Source of the DNA: Christensenellales bacterium
Lineage (GTDB): Bacteria > Bacillota > Clostridia > Christensenellales > CAG-917
Length of the DNA stretch: 64,000 nucleotides
Assembly (NCBI GenBank): GCA_051883555.1
Contig: JBJETY010000008.1
Location: 3,885 to 67,884 of the forward strand
Direction: 5' to 3'
The notes under the pieces are model-generated. The model did not search any database and had not been told where the DNA came from. It worked only from the letters and a program-made list of their open reading frames with translations. Positions 10,601 through 24,832 of the stretch are shown here, one piece after another. The stretch's first letter is position 1; each line of letters opens with the position of its first letter. Position numbers and translations under genes: made by a program.

Positions 10601-11522
10601 GCCGTTTATGGCAGACGGTACTCCGCTTCAGATTGTTCTCAATCCGCTCGGCGTTCCGTCCCGTATGAATATCGGACAGGTTCTCGAAGTACACCTCGGA
10701 CTTGTCGCTAAAATGCTCGGTTGGAAAGTCGCAACTCCTGTTTTCGACGGCGCGAACGAAAACGACATCAGAAAGCTCTTCAACGATATGGGCATGGTAA
10801 ACGAAAAGGGAGAAGTCGACGGAAAGATTCAACTTTACGACGGAAGAACGGGCGAACCGTTTGAAAACAGAGTTACCGTCGGATATATGTATATGCTTAA
10901 ACTTCACCACCTCGTTGACGATAAAATTCACGCTCGTTCGACGGGACCTTACAGCCTTGTTACGCAACAGCCTCTCGGCGGTAAAGCTCAATTCGGCGGA
11001 CAGAGATTCGGTGAAATGGAAGTTTGGGCGCTTGAAGCATACGGCGCAGCTCATATGCTTCAGGAAATTCTTACGGTTAAATCCGACGACGTTGTAGGTA
11101 GAGTAAAAACGTACGAATCTATCGTAAAGGGTAACAATATCAGCGAACCGGGTATACCTGAAGCCTTTAAAGTTTTGGTTAACGAACTTAAAAGCCTTGC
11201 GCTCGATATCAAAGTACTTACCGAAGACCACGATGAAATTAAACTCCGTGGATACTCCGATGACGACGATTACGAACCGACGCTTGTCAAAGGCGACGAG
11301 TCGCTTGAAGAAATCGATATTCAAGGACAGTTCGCCAACTTCTCGGCCGATGATTCCGCAAATGCGTTCAACGTGTTTGACGACCAGGCGGACGATGAAG
11401 AATTGTCAAGCATATTCGGCAACGACAACGACGGAGAAAGCGATATTTCCGCATTGTTCGGCAATGGCGACGGCGACGACGCTGCTTCTTTGTTCGACGA
11501 TGATAAATCGGATAAGGAGTAA
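7659..11522 (+). CDS. rpoB: DNA-directed RNA polymerase beta subunit
   Basis: 1287 aa with conserved beta blocks throughout (e.g. [31 protein letters not shown]). AAGGAG SD upstream. Carries a long acidic C-terminal tail. Confidence 0.98.
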   Translation: MSQKIHKEKYGNTERMTFSTIKNVLDIPYLIAVQKDSYNSFKDEGISEVFKDYSPINDFAGRMKLEFLGHSLEGEPKYTIKECKDRDATYAVPLKVKARLTNNETGEVIEQEVFMGDFPLMTESGSFIINGAERVIVSQIVRSPGVYGLESKDKNGVTRFGTQVIPSRGAWLEFEQDASDVSWVKVDRTRRITTTTLLRALGIGTDEELRNLFDGDDMIENTIAKDGNCKSVEQGKLDLFKRLRPGEVPTMDGAEALLRNTFFDYKKYEMSRVGRYKYNEKLSIANRIEGRVLAEDIISPITGEVLATAGETVSEEKAKEIQNNAVNVAFVRLADGSRFKVIGNNTVDLDAFVDCKPREIKIMEKVYYPELKKILDAYSKNDERVAACKASADILVSKHITTDDIISIVSYNLGLRKGLGKGDDIDHLSNRRIKAVGELLQNQFRIGISRLERVIKEKMSTTQENVEITPQTLINIRPITAAIKEFFGSSQLSQFMDQPNPIAELTHKRKLSALGPGGLNRERATFDVRDVHHSHYGRMCPIETPEGQNIGLITSLSTFAKINEYGFIETPYRRIEKVLDENGKVVDVYVTDEVRYMTADIEDKYTIAQANEELTEDGHFVRERVMCRIQNDIREVPNTEADYMDVSPKQLISIATALIPFLENDDTNRALMGSNMQRQAVPLLRPEAPMIATGVEHKIAYDSGVMKTAKHDGVVKYVDSDKIEVLTKDGSIDTYELSKFQRSNQSTCINQKPIINTGDKVEAEVKDANGNIVKEATILADGPATQNGELALGRNILIGFMSWEGYNYEDAILINEDLVRDDVFTSIHIEEYETESRDTKLGEELITRDIPNLSDDALKNLDEDGIVRIGAEVKPGDILVGKVTPKGETELTPEERLLRAIFGEKAREVRDTSLRVPNGEAGIVVDVKIFTRKNRDELAPGVNKQVRVYIAQKRKISVGDKMAGRHGNKGVISRVLPKEDMPFMADGTPLQIVLNPLGVPSRMNIGQVLEVHLGLVAKMLGWKVATPVFDGANENDIRKLFNDMGMVNEKGEVDGKIQLYDGRTGEPFENRVTVGYMYMLKLHHLVDDKIHARSTGPYSLVTQQPLGGKAQFGGQRFGEMEVWALEAYGAAHMLQEILTVKSDDVVGRVKTYESIVKGNNISEPGIPEAFKVLVNELKSLALDIKVLTEDHDEIKLRGYSDDDDYEPTLVKGDESLEEIDIQGQFANFSADDSANAFNVFDDQADDEELSSIFGNDNDGESDISALFGNGDGDDAASLFDDDKSDKE

Positions 11523-11534
11523 TAGGAGGTTTAT

Positions 11535-15409
<3,875 letters not shown>

Positions 15410-15410
<1 letters not shown>

Positions 15411-16591
15411 TGTCTAAAAGATTATTTACGTCCGAAAGCGTTACGGAAGGGCATCCTGACAAGGTATGCGACCAGATAGCCGACGCGCTTTTGGATAAAT
15501 ATCTGGAACAAGACCCTGAATCGAGATGCGCAATCGAAGTTTGCGCAACGACGGGAGTTATCTTTGTTTTCGGCGAAGTGACGTCGAAAGCGGTTGTCGA
15601 TATTCAAAAGACAGTGCGTGAAGTCGTTGAAGACGTCGGATACAATTCGAGCGAAATCGGTTTCGACGCCAAAACGTGCGCAATATTGTCGTCTCTTCAC
15701 GAGCAATCGCCGGATATCGCACGTGGCGTTGACGAAGCTACGGAATACGTCGGTTGCGATGAGTTCGATAAGACGGGCGCAGGCGACCAGGGTATGATGT
15801 TCGGTTACGCCACAAACGAAACGAAAGAGTTTATGCCGCTTGCCATTGTGCTTGCCCATGCTCTTTCCAAAAGACTTGCCGAAGTCAGAAAGAAAGGAAT
15901 TATCGATTATTTGCGTCCTGACGGAAAAACTCAGGTAACAGTCGAATACGACGGCGATATGCCGAAAAGAGTCGATACCATCGTAGTTTCGTGTCAGCAC
16001 GACGAAGAGGTGGATAACGACACGATTTTAAAGGACGTAGTCGAATACGTAATAGAAAAAGCTATTCCTAAAAATTTAATCGACGACGATACGAAAATAT
16101 ACGTAAATCCTACGGGAAGATTCGTAACGGGCGGACCTAACGGCGACAGCGGCGTTACGGGAAGAAAGATTATCGTCGATACGTACGGCGGATACTGTGC
16201 GCACGGCGGCGGCGCCCTTTCGGGCAAGGACGCAACGAAGGTAGACAGAAGCGCATTTTATATGGCAAGATACGTCTGCAAAAATCTCGTTGCGGCAGGA
16301 GCGGCACGCAAGTGCGAATTGCAGATAGCTTATGCAATCGGTATGGCTCGTCCTATCTCGGTATCGGTTAATACTTTCGGCACGGGCGTCATATCCGACG
16401 ATAAAATCGAAGAGATTGTGAAGAAAGTGTTCGATTTCAGACCGCTTGCAATCATAAACCATTTGAAACTTACAAGACCGATATACAGAGAGACGTCCAA
16501 TTACGGACATCTCGGAAATTCCGAATTTCCGTGGGAAAAGCTCGATAAAGTCGAAGCTATCGAAAAAGCTCTTGCAAAGTATATGATTTAA
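15410..16591 (+). CDS. metK: S-adenosylmethionine synthase
   Basis: [30 protein letters not shown] and the GGGALSGKD motif. The ATG shares one base with the rpoC TAA (TAATG). Confidence 0.97.
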
Positions 16592-16594
16592 ATT

Positions 16595-18802
16595 ATGCAT
16601 ATAGACGGTGAAATTAAAAACATAATATTTCGCAACGAAGAAACGGGATACAGCGTTTTGGAGTTGCTTACCAGCGGCGGTGAACTCATCACCGCCGTCG
16701 GCATATTTCCGCCGATAAGCGAAGGTCTTGTTCTTTCGCTCGACGGCGATTTTAAACGTCGCAATCAATACGGATTGCAATTTGAAACGGAAAAATATTT
16801 CATTTCCGACCCCGTTAAATTAGAATCGATTAAAAAATATTTATCAAGCGGACTTATCAGAGGACTTGGCAAAGTTACGGCGCAGAATATAATAGATAAG
16901 TTCGGTTTAAGCACGCTCGATTATATGTCGAAGCCGCATGAGCTTGCCCGGGTAAACGGTATATCCTTAAAAAGGGCAACCGAATTTTCGGTGGCGTTTG
17001 AAAAGGCAAGAAAGGCGCAGGAAACGGTTATTTTTTTGCAAGGGCTCGGCGTCAGCATAAATATGAGCCTCAAAATTTACAGAGCTTACGGCAACGGAAC
17101 GGTTGATAAGGTAAAAAAGAATCCGTACATGCTCGTTGAAGATATCGACGGAATAGGCTTTATCACGGCGGACGGAATCGCAGCCACGTTAGGTATAGCA
17201 AAAGACAGCGACGTAAGAATAAGCGCAGGCATAATCCACACTTTAAAGGAAGCGGCGGCAAGAAGCGGTAATACGTATTTGCCGAGAGAGCAACTTGTAG
17301 AATCAGCGGTGAAGCTTTTAAAGATTGGCAGCGATAACGACAGAGCAAGAGTGAGCGAAAATCTCGACGACCTTATACTGTTAGGGCAATTAAAGTCGGT
17401 GGATATTTCGGGAAACAAGGCGATTATGCTCGTTAAATTTTTCAATATCGAAAAAAGCATAGCGACAAGGTTTGTTAAGCTTGCCGAATTTAATCAGAAT
17501 TTAAATACCGAATGCGATTTGGAGATTAGTCAATATGAAAAGGAAAACGGAATTGAACTTCACGAATCGCAAAGGGAAGCGGTAAAGGAAGCGGTAAACG
17601 GTTCGGTTGTAGTAATAACCGGCGGACCGGGTACCGGCAAGACTACCATAGTAAAATGTATTCTCGAATCGTTTAAGAATATGAAACTGAGAGTTGCGCT
17701 TTGCGCTCCGACGGGCAGAGCCGCCAAACGAATGACGGAAGCCACGGGCGTGGAAGCGAAAACCATTCACCGCCTTATAGATATAGAAAACGACGACAAC
17801 GATTTTTCGTTCAGCGAATACAAGAAATTGCCGGTTGACGCAGTAATTGTCGATGAAGCCAGCATGGTAGACGAATACGTTTTCAACGCGTTGCTTAAAT
17901 CTGTCAGTCTGTCGACGAAACTCATAATCGTAGGCGACGGCGACCAGTTGCCGTCGGTTGGCGCGGGAAACGTGTTGCACGATATCATAAAAAGCAAGAT
18001 TTGCCCCGTAAAGGCATTGACTCATATTTACAGACAGGCACAAGAAAGCGGAATCGTTATGTCGGCGCATGCGATAAATTCCGGAAGAATGCCTTCGCTG
18101 GATAACTCATACAAAGATTTTTATTTTATCGAACTTTCCGATTCGGAAAAGATAAAGGACGAAATAGTCGGTTTATGCACGAAAAGACTGCCGAAATATT
18201 TAAACATCAGTCCGTTTGAAGTGCAAGTGCTGTCACCTATGAAAAAGGGAATAAGCGGAACGACGAGTTTAAATTCCGTTTTGCAAAACGAACTTAACCC
18301 AAAAACTGCAGGCGAGAAAGAACTATATTACGGCGATACCGTTTTCAGAAAGGGCGATAAGGTTATGCATACGCAAAACAACTATCAACTTAGTTGGGCG
18401 TTGGAAAAGGATAATCACTATGAAAGGGGCAAGGGCGTTTTTAACGGCGATATAGGGACTATCGAACTTATCGACAAAGAAAACTTTATCGTAAAATTCG
18501 AGGACGGAAGACAAGTCAACTATTCCACCTCGGATTTGGAGCAACTGTCCCTTGCTTATGCTACGACCATACACAAATCTCAGGGTAGCGAATTCGACGC
18601 CGTGGTAATATCGCTCGAAGCAAATTTTCTTTTGCAGTCGAGAAATTTAATATATACGGCGGTTACGAGAGCGAAAAAAATGGCGGTACTTGTCGGAAGC
18701 TCAAAAACGTTAAAGAGTATGATTTCAAAAAATCAGACGGAAAGATACACGCTGCTTAAACACTTTATTGAAAGCGAGGCGGACGACGGTGAAAGCAGAT
18801 AA
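16595..18802 (+). CDS. recD2: RecD2-type SF1B ATP-dependent DNA helicase
   Basis: 735 aa with Walker A GGPGTGKTT and a Walker B-like VIVDEASMV. The N-terminal RecD2-type domain (EETGYSVLEL) and C-terminal YATTIHKSQGSEF are present. Confidence 0.88.
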   Translation: MHIDGEIKNIIFRNEETGYSVLELLTSGGELITAVGIFPPISEGLVLSLDGDFKRRNQYGLQFETEKYFISDPVKLESIKKYLSSGLIRGLGKVTAQNIIDKFGLSTLDYMSKPHELARVNGISLKRATEFSVAFEKARKAQETVIFLQGLGVSINMSLKIYRAYGNGTVDKVKKNPYMLVEDIDGIGFITADGIAATLGIAKDSDVRISAGIIHTLKEAAARSGNTYLPREQLVESAVKLLKIGSDNDRARVSENLDDLILLGQLKSVDISGNKAIMLVKFFNIEKSIATRFVKLAEFNQNLNTECDLEISQYEKENGIELHESQREAVKEAVNGSVVVITGGPGTGKTTIVKCILESFKNMKLRVALCAPTGRAAKRMTEATGVEAKTIHRLIDIENDDNDFSFSEYKKLPVDAVIVDEASMVDEYVFNALLKSVSLSTKLIIVGDGDQLPSVGAGNVLHDIIKSKICPVKALTHIYRQAQESGIVMSAHAINSGRMPSLDNSYKDFYFIELSDSEKIKDEIVGLCTKRLPKYLNISPFEVQVLSPMKKGISGTTSLNSVLQNELNPKTAGEKELYYGDTVFRKGDKVMHTQNNYQLSWALEKDNHYERGKGVFNGDIGTIELIDKENFIVKFEDGRQVNYSTSDLEQLSLAYATTIHKSQGSEFDAVVISLEANFLLQSRNLIYTAVTRAKKMAVLVGSSKTLKSMISKNQTERYTLLKHFIESEADDGESR

Positions 18803-19517
18803 GTTTTTTGCGGCAATAAGAAACGCAGTATATCCCGAAAACGAAACGTGCGATTTATGCGGAAACGAATTGCCTTTTAAAAGCAGATTGAATCTTTGTT
18901 CGGAATGTCTTTCCAAACTTGAATTCAACAACGGCAGGATATGTTTAAGGTGTGGTTCGCCGATTTTAAACGAGGCGGACTATTGTCTCAGATGCGAAAA
19001 CAGAGTAAACGCTTTTAGATATAACAGAAGTCCGTTGCTTTACGAAGGACTTGCAAAGAAAACCGTTTTATCTTTTAAATACGGCGAAAAGCGGTATTTG
19101 TCCGAGTTTTTGGGAAAACTTATGACGGATGAATTTATAAAGAACGATATGCAAGCTTCCGTTGCTACGTTTGTCCCTATGACGAAGAAAGAGAAAAAGA
19201 AGAGAGGATACAATCAGGCGGAACTTCTTGCCGACTGCGTTGCAGGCAATTTAAAATTGGATTTAAGAGAACTTCTCGTAAAGAACGGAGAAACGCCCGA
19301 ACAAAAGAAACTTTCCGCAAAAGAGCGAGAGGAAAATATGAAAGGAATATTCGGTTGCACGGCAGATTTAAAAGGTAAAGAAGTTTTGCTTATCGACGAC
19401 GTTTTTACAACGGGCGCGACTGCAAACGAATGCGCAAAGCAACTTATAAAGGCGGGAGCTAACGGCGTTGTTGTGTTGACGGCGGCGGTAACGTCCTTGA
19501 AACCGCATATATCTTAA
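18768..19517 (+). CDS. comFC: ComF-family protein (ComFC-like, phosphoribosyltransferase fold)
   Basis: N-terminal double zinc-ribbon cysteines (CDLCG..CSEC..CLRCGS..CLRC) and a PRTase loop VLLIDDVFTTGAT. The start is uncertain: TTG at 18768 or GTG at 18789, both overlapping the recD2 end. Confidence 0.85.
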   Translation: MKARRTTVKADKFFAAIRNAVYPENETCDLCGNELPFKSRLNLCSECLSKLEFNNGRICLRCGSPILNEADYCLRCENRVNAFRYNRSPLLYEGLAKKTVLSFKYGEKRYLSEFLGKLMTDEFIKNDMQASVATFVPMTKKEKKKRGYNQAELLADCVAGNLKLDLRELLVKNGETPEQKKLSAKEREENMKGIFGCTADLKGKEVLLIDDVFTTGATANECAKQLIKAGANGVVVLTAAVTSLKPHIS

Positions 19518-19568
19518 CCGTTTGACAAAAACGGCGTGCAAATGTATTATAAATATCTAGGAGTGAAT

Positions 19569-22232
19569 ATGGGACTTTTTGGAAACGAAAACAAAAGACA
19601 AATTAAAAAGCTTGAGAAGATAGCGGGAAAGATAGAATTGCTTTCCGACGAATTCAAGGCGCTTTCCAACGAGGCTCTTACGGCAAAGACGGAAGAGTTT
19701 AAAAAAAGGATAGCGGACGGCGAAAAGCTCGACGACCTTTTGCCCGAGGCTTTCGCCACTGTCAGAGAGGCTTCCGAAAGAGTTCTCGGAATGAGACATT
19801 TTCACGTGCAACTGCTCGGCGGAATTGCTTTGCATCAGGGACGTATCGCAGAAATGGCAACAGGTGAAGGTAAAACGCTTGTAGCGACGCTTCCTGCATA
19901 TTTAAACGCGCTTACTGGAAAGGGCGTTCATATAGTTACCGTCAACGATTATCTTGCAAAGCGTGACGCATATTGGATGGGCAAACTTTACAAATTTTTG
20001 GGACTTTCCGTCGGTATTGTCGTTCCGCAAATGAACCATGCCGATAAAGTTTTATCTTACAATGCGGATATAACCTATTGCACGAACAACGAACTCGGTT
20101 TCGATTTTTTGCGCGATAACATGGTCGTTTCAAAAAAGGACAAAGCGCAAAGAGGACTCAATTTTGCCATTCTCGACGAAGTCGACTCTATATTGATTGA
20201 CGAAGCGAGAACGCCGCTCATTATTTCAGGCAGGGGAGAAAAGTCAAGCGACCTTTATAAATCGGCAAACGCATTTGCGAGAGGACTTCGCGACGGCGAA
20301 GATTTTTCGATAGACGAAAAGGAAAAAACCGTTGTGTTGACCGATGAAGGCACGGCAAAAGCGGAAAAATTCTTTAAAGTCGAAAACCTTGCCGATATGG
20401 AAAACAACGAGCTTTATCATCATATCTGTCAGGCGCTTAAAGCCCACTTTATTATGAAAAAGGACCGCGACTATATCGTGTCGGACGGCGAAGTGCTTAT
20501 CGTCGACGAATTTACCGGCCGTGTTATGGTTGGTCGTCGTTACAGCGAAGGTCTTCATCAGGCGATAGAAGCGAAAGAAGGCGTCGTAATAAGAAGCGAA
20601 AACAAAACTCTTGCGACAATCACCTTCCAGAACTTTTTCAGAATGTATTCCAAACTTTCGGGTATGACCGGTACGGCGAAAACGGAAGAAGACGAATTTA
20701 AGGGCATATACAAACTCGACGTCGTCACGATTCCGCCTAACAAGCCGTCGCAAAGAATCGACGAACACGACAGAATTTATACAACCGTAAAGGGAAAGAT
20801 GAAAGCGGTCGTCGAAGAAATAGAAAATTGTCATAAAAACGGACAACCCGTACTTGTAGGTACGGTTTCGGTTGAGAAGTCGGAAGAGCTTTCAAAGACG
20901 TTGAAGCGAATGAGCATTCCGCATACCGTGCTTAACGCAAAGCAACATAAAAAGGAAGCGGAAATTATCGCACAGGCGGGAAGATACGGCGCCGTTACGA
21001 TTGCTACCAATATGGCAGGTCGTGGTACGGATATAAAACTTGGCGGAAACCCTGAATATCAGGCAAGACAAAGGCTTGAAAAAGACGGCTACGACGAAGC
21101 TACAATCGAAGCGGCGGTTTCCATTTTGCCGAGCGACGACCAGTCGGTGAAAAAGGCGAAAGCCGAATACGAACGCCACTTGAAAGATTTCGAAGAGATT
21201 TGCAACAGAGAAAAGGAAGAAGTCATAAAAGCGGGCGGACTCAGAATTATCGGAACGGAGCGTCACGAGTCGAGACGTATCGATAATCAGTTGCGTGGTC
21301 GTGCGGGACGTCAGGGCGACGTCGGCTCGACGGTGTTCTACATTTCCATGGAAGACGACGTTGCAAGAATATTCGGCGGCGACAGAATGAAGCAGATTGC
21401 CGAAATGTTCAAAATGGACGAGGATATGGCGATAACGAGCGGACTCGTTACGAAACAGATTGAAAGGGCTCAGCTTATGGTTGAGTCGAGAAATTACAGC
21501 ATAAGAAAGACAGTTTTAAGTTACGACGACGTTATGAACGCACAGCGTTCAATCATTTATACCGAACGCGGAAAAGTTCTCGACGGTCTTGACGTACACG
21601 ACCAGATACTCGATATGATTGACGGACTTGCCGAACATATTATTTCGACGTACGCCGATTATAAGCAGGACTACACGACGTGGGATTACGAAGCGTTCAA
21701 CGCGGCTCTCGAAAGGCAGATGCTCCCTGAGGGCAGCAACGTTATAACGGAAAAACTTGCTTCTCATTACGACGTATACAAACTTAAAAAAGCGGTTATG
21801 GACATAGCTTTGCCTAGCTATGAACAAAAGATAGAAAAGGCAAAGGCTGACGGAATAGATTTCGGCGAAATCGAAAGACTCATTCTTTTGAAAACGGTCG
21901 ACGCAAAATGGATGGACCATATCGACCAGATGGACGCTCTTCGCCGCGGTATAGGTTTAAGAGGACTCGGACAGCGTGACCCGGTCATTTCATACCGTGA
22001 AGAAGGATGGGGAATGTTCGACGATATGATTGACCGTATTCATAACGACACGGCGGGAATTTTGCTTAAAGTTACGGTTGAGAAAAACGAAAACGGAAAC
22101 AAAGAAAAAATGGCGGTAAACAAGGTAACGGCAAAAGCCGTGCCGAAAAAAGCGGAAGTCGGCAGAAACGACCCTTGTCCGTGCGGAAGCGGAAAAAAAT
22201 ATAAACAGTGTTGCGGTAAAAACAATGATTGA
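19569..22232 (+). CDS. secA: Preprotein translocase ATPase SecA
   Basis: MGLFGNENKRQIKKLEK start with an AGGAG SD, the motor motif MATGEGKTLV, and the C-terminal zinc motif CPCGSGKKYKQCCG. The track ORF starts 33 nt earlier at 19536. Confidence 0.97.
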   Translation: MGLFGNENKRQIKKLEKIAGKIELLSDEFKALSNEALTAKTEEFKKRIADGEKLDDLLPEAFATVREASERVLGMRHFHVQLLGGIALHQGRIAEMATGEGKTLVATLPAYLNALTGKGVHIVTVNDYLAKRDAYWMGKLYKFLGLSVGIVVPQMNHADKVLSYNADITYCTNNELGFDFLRDNMVVSKKDKAQRGLNFAILDEVDSILIDEARTPLIISGRGEKSSDLYKSANAFARGLRDGEDFSIDEKEKTVVLTDEGTAKAEKFFKVENLADMENNELYHHICQALKAHFIMKKDRDYIVSDGEVLIVDEFTGRVMVGRRYSEGLHQAIEAKEGVVIRSENKTLATITFQNFFRMYSKLSGMTGTAKTEEDEFKGIYKLDVVTIPPNKPSQRIDEHDRIYTTVKGKMKAVVEEIENCHKNGQPVLVGTVSVEKSEELSKTLKRMSIPHTVLNAKQHKKEAEIIAQAGRYGAVTIATNMAGRGTDIKLGGNPEYQARQRLEKDGYDEATIEAAVSILPSDDQSVKKAKAEYERHLKDFEEICNREKEEVIKAGGLRIIGTERHESRRIDNQLRGRAGRQGDVGSTVFYISMEDDVARIFGGDRMKQIAEMFKMDEDMAITSGLVTKQIERAQLMVESRNYSIRKTVLSYDDVMNAQRSIIYTERGKVLDGLDVHDQILDMIDGLAEHIISTYADYKQDYTTWDYEAFNAALERQMLPEGSNVITEKLASHYDVYKLKKAVMDIALPSYEQKIEKAKADGIDFGEIERLILLKTVDAKWMDHIDQMDALRRGIGLRGLGQRDPVISYREEGWGMFDDMIDRIHNDTAGILLKVTVEKNENGNKEKMAVNKVTAKAVPKKAEVGRNDPCPCGSGKKYKQCCGKNND

Positions 22233-23340
22233 TACAATAGGCAGAAAAAACAGAATAAACGAACTTATTGACACGCTTAGCATTGCCTATGCTTCGATAT
22301 CGCCCGACAAGATAAAAGCGGAAATAAAAAGACTTACGGAAATCGAACACGGCGACGGCTTCTGGAACGACGTCGAAAACGCTCAGAAAGTGTCGAAAGA
22401 ATTAAAAAGGCTGGAAGCCAAAATCGAAAAATTCGAAAAGCTCGAAGGCAAATTGAAAGACGCTTTAGATACGGTTGAGATTTTAGAACTCGAACCGGAC
22501 GAAAGCATAGTCGAAGACCTTGACAAAGATATCGACTCTCTTTCAAACGCCGTGGAAGAAATTCGTCTGGCTACGCTGCTCAGCGGAAAATACGACGGGC
22601 TTAACGCAATTATGACGTTGCACGCAGGCGCGGGCGGCACGGAAGCTCAGGACTGGGCAAGTATGCTTTACAGAATGTATACCAGATATCTTGAATCGAA
22701 AGATTATAAGGTAACGGAGCTTGATAAGTTGGACGGCGACGAAGCAGGGATAAAAAGCGTTACGTTTAAAGCGGAAGGCGACAACGCATACGGCTATTTA
22801 AAGGCAGAAAAGGGCGTTCACCGACTTGTCAGAATTTCGCCGTTCGACGCAAACAGCAGACGTCATACGTCTTTTGCCTCTCTTGAAGTCATGCCTGAAA
22901 TTATCGACGACGCGGATATCGTAATCCGTCCGGAAGATTTGAAAGTCGATACGTACAGAAGTAGCGGAGCGGGCGGACAGCACGTCAACAAAACGGAATC
23001 GGCCATAAGAATTACGCATATACCAACGGGTATAATCGTTGCGTGTCAGAACGAACGCAGTCAGATTCAGAACAGAGAAACGGCAATGAATATGTTGCGC
23101 GGCAAACTCGTCGAAAGAAGAGAGCGTGAACGCGAGGCGGAAGCGGCTTCGATTTCAGGCGTTCTGAAAAAAATCGAATGGGGCAGTCAGATAAGAAGTT
23201 ACGTTTTCTGTCCGTATACTATGGTTAAAGACCACCGCACGGGATACGAAACGGGCAACGTGCAGGCAGTTATGGACGGCGACTTAGAGCCGTTTATAAA
23301 CGAATACTTAAAGCAGGCTAACGCAAAGAGCATAGAATAA
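22225..23340 (+). CDS. prfB: Peptide chain release factor 2, uninterrupted ORF
   Basis: SPF tripeptide (RISPFDANSRRHTSF) and GGQ (SSGAGGQHVNKTES) in one continuous 371-aa frame. The ATG overlaps the last 8 nt of secA. Confidence 0.93.
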   Translation: MIDTIGRKNRINELIDTLSIAYASISPDKIKAEIKRLTEIEHGDGFWNDVENAQKVSKELKRLEAKIEKFEKLEGKLKDALDTVEILELEPDESIVEDLDKDIDSLSNAVEEIRLATLLSGKYDGLNAIMTLHAGAGGTEAQDWASMLYRMYTRYLESKDYKVTELDKLDGDEAGIKSVTFKAEGDNAYGYLKAEKGVHRLVRISPFDANSRRHTSFASLEVMPEIIDDADIVIRPEDLKVDTYRSSGAGGQHVNKTESAIRITHIPTGIIVACQNERSQIQNRETAMNMLRGKLVERREREREAEAASISGVLKKIEWGSQIRSYVFCPYTMVKDHRTGYETGNVQAVMDGDLEPFINEYLKQANAKSIE

Positions 23341-23407
23341 AATTGTCGGAATCGATAAGCAATCGTAAGCGACCGATAGCAACCGACGAAATTAAACCGA
23401 AAGCAAA

Positions 23408-24430
23408 ATGGAACTTAAAGATAAGGAAAACATCGTTATACTCAGCATAGAGTCGTCGTGCGACGAAACGGCGGCGGCGGTTGTCAAAAACGGACGTACG
23501 GTTTTGTCAAGCGTCATTGCTACGCAAATCGACATACACAGAAGGTTTGGCGGAGTCGTGCCGGAAATAGCGTCGAGAAATCACGTTTTGTCGATAGAAA
23601 GCGTTGTGGACGAAGCGATGAAAAAGGCGAACGTAACGCACGACGATATCGACGCCATAGCCGTAACTTACGGCGCAGGGCTGCTTGGGGCGCTGCTTGT
23701 CGGCGTGTCGTACGCAAAGGGGCTTGCATACGTCTGGGGCAAACCGCTTTTTGCGGTAAGTCACGTAAAAGGACACATTGCGGCGAATTATATCGATTCC
23801 GATTTAAAACCGCCGTATTTGTGCATGCTGTGCAGCGGCGGACATACGGCAGTGCTCGAAGTGAAAGATTATTGCGACTCGAGGTTGTTGGCGGCAACCC
23901 GTGACGACGCGGCAGGGGAAGCGTTCGATAAAGTTGCAAGGATATTATCTTTGCCGTATCCGGGCGGACCCGAAATCGAAAAACTCGCAAAGGAAGGCGA
24001 ACCCGTTTTTGAATTTCCTAAGCCGAAATACAAGGGCAAAGAAGTTTATTTTTCATACAGCGGACTTAAAACGGCGGTTATAAATTTTGTGCATAACGCA
24101 GAGCAGAGACAAGAAAAAATCGACGGCGCAAATCTTGCATGCAGTTTCCAGAAAGCGGCTGTCGAACAGATGACGGACGCTGTCGAAATTTTGCAAAAAC
24201 GCACCGGCTTAAACAAAATCGCCATAGCTGGCGGAGTTTCGGCAAACGGTTATTTAAGAGAAAAATTTAAGACGATTTTCGACAAAACGGGAGTCAGCGT
24301 TTATTATCCGCAACTTAAATATTGCACGGACAATGCGGCAATGATAGGGGCGGCGTGCTATTTTATGATAAAAAACGACGAAAAACCCGCCGAACTCAGC
24401 CTTGACGCAAAAGCGGACGTTCCGCTTTAA
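23408..24430 (+). CDS. tsaD: tRNA N6-adenosine threonylcarbamoyltransferase TsaD
   Basis: ILSIESSCDETAAAVV N-terminus, metal-binding SHVKGH, and the expected family length of ~340 aa. Confidence 0.95.
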   Translation: MELKDKENIVILSIESSCDETAAAVVKNGRTVLSSVIATQIDIHRRFGGVVPEIASRNHVLSIESVVDEAMKKANVTHDDIDAIAVTYGAGLLGALLVGVSYAKGLAYVWGKPLFAVSHVKGHIAANYIDSDLKPPYLCMLCSGGHTAVLEVKDYCDSRLLAATRDDAAGEAFDKVARILSLPYPGGPEIEKLAKEGEPVFEFPKPKYKGKEVYFSYSGLKTAVINFVHNAEQRQEKIDGANLACSFQKAAVEQMTDAVEILQKRTGLNKIAIAGGVSANGYLREKFKTIFDKTGVSVYYPQLKYCTDNAAMIGAACYFMIKNDEKPAELSLDAKADVPL

Positions 24431-24502
24431 TTTGAAAGCCATAGAAAATTAAGTCGGAATTGATAAATTCGTTGTTGATTTAATAAAATTTATATTGTAT
24501 AA

Positions 24503-24546
24503 TAAGGCTGTGCTTTTCGGTATGCACAGCCTTATTTGTTTTTAAA
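24503..24546 (+). terminator. Rho-independent terminator after tsaD
   Basis: Stem AAGGCTGTGC / GCACAGCCTT (10 bp), followed by ATTTGTTTTT. Confidence 0.85.
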
Positions 24547-24832
24547 TTTAAACCAAAAAATTCAAACAAAAATTTTGCATAAAGAATTTAAAGGATTTAA
24601 AACAAAAGTTTAAAGAAAATTAAAGAAAAATTTAAAACAAAAGTTTTAAAGGAAAAGGTTTTAAAAAGGTTTAAACAAAGTTTTAAGGCAAAAGAGCTAA
24701 ACGGAAAATTTAAAAACGTTTAAAAGAAAAGATAAAAAAAATTTTTAAAGAGAAATTTAAAAAGGCTTGTTTAAGTTGGCTGAAAGAATATTTAAAAGGA
24801 TATAAAAGAGAAAAAAGGAGAGGACTAAGGAA

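Noticed and set aside
22260-22275. CTT ATT GAC in prfB as a relic of the CTT TGA C frameshift site
   Set aside because: The frame is continuous with no stop, and the site is ~10 codons upstream of where the shift site aligns. This is probably coincidence.
23458-23990. Arg-rich alternative-frame ORFs within tsaD (148 aa on +, 156 aa on -)
   Set aside because: They are frame-shifted readings of a locally GC/CGN-rich part of a clearly conserved gene.
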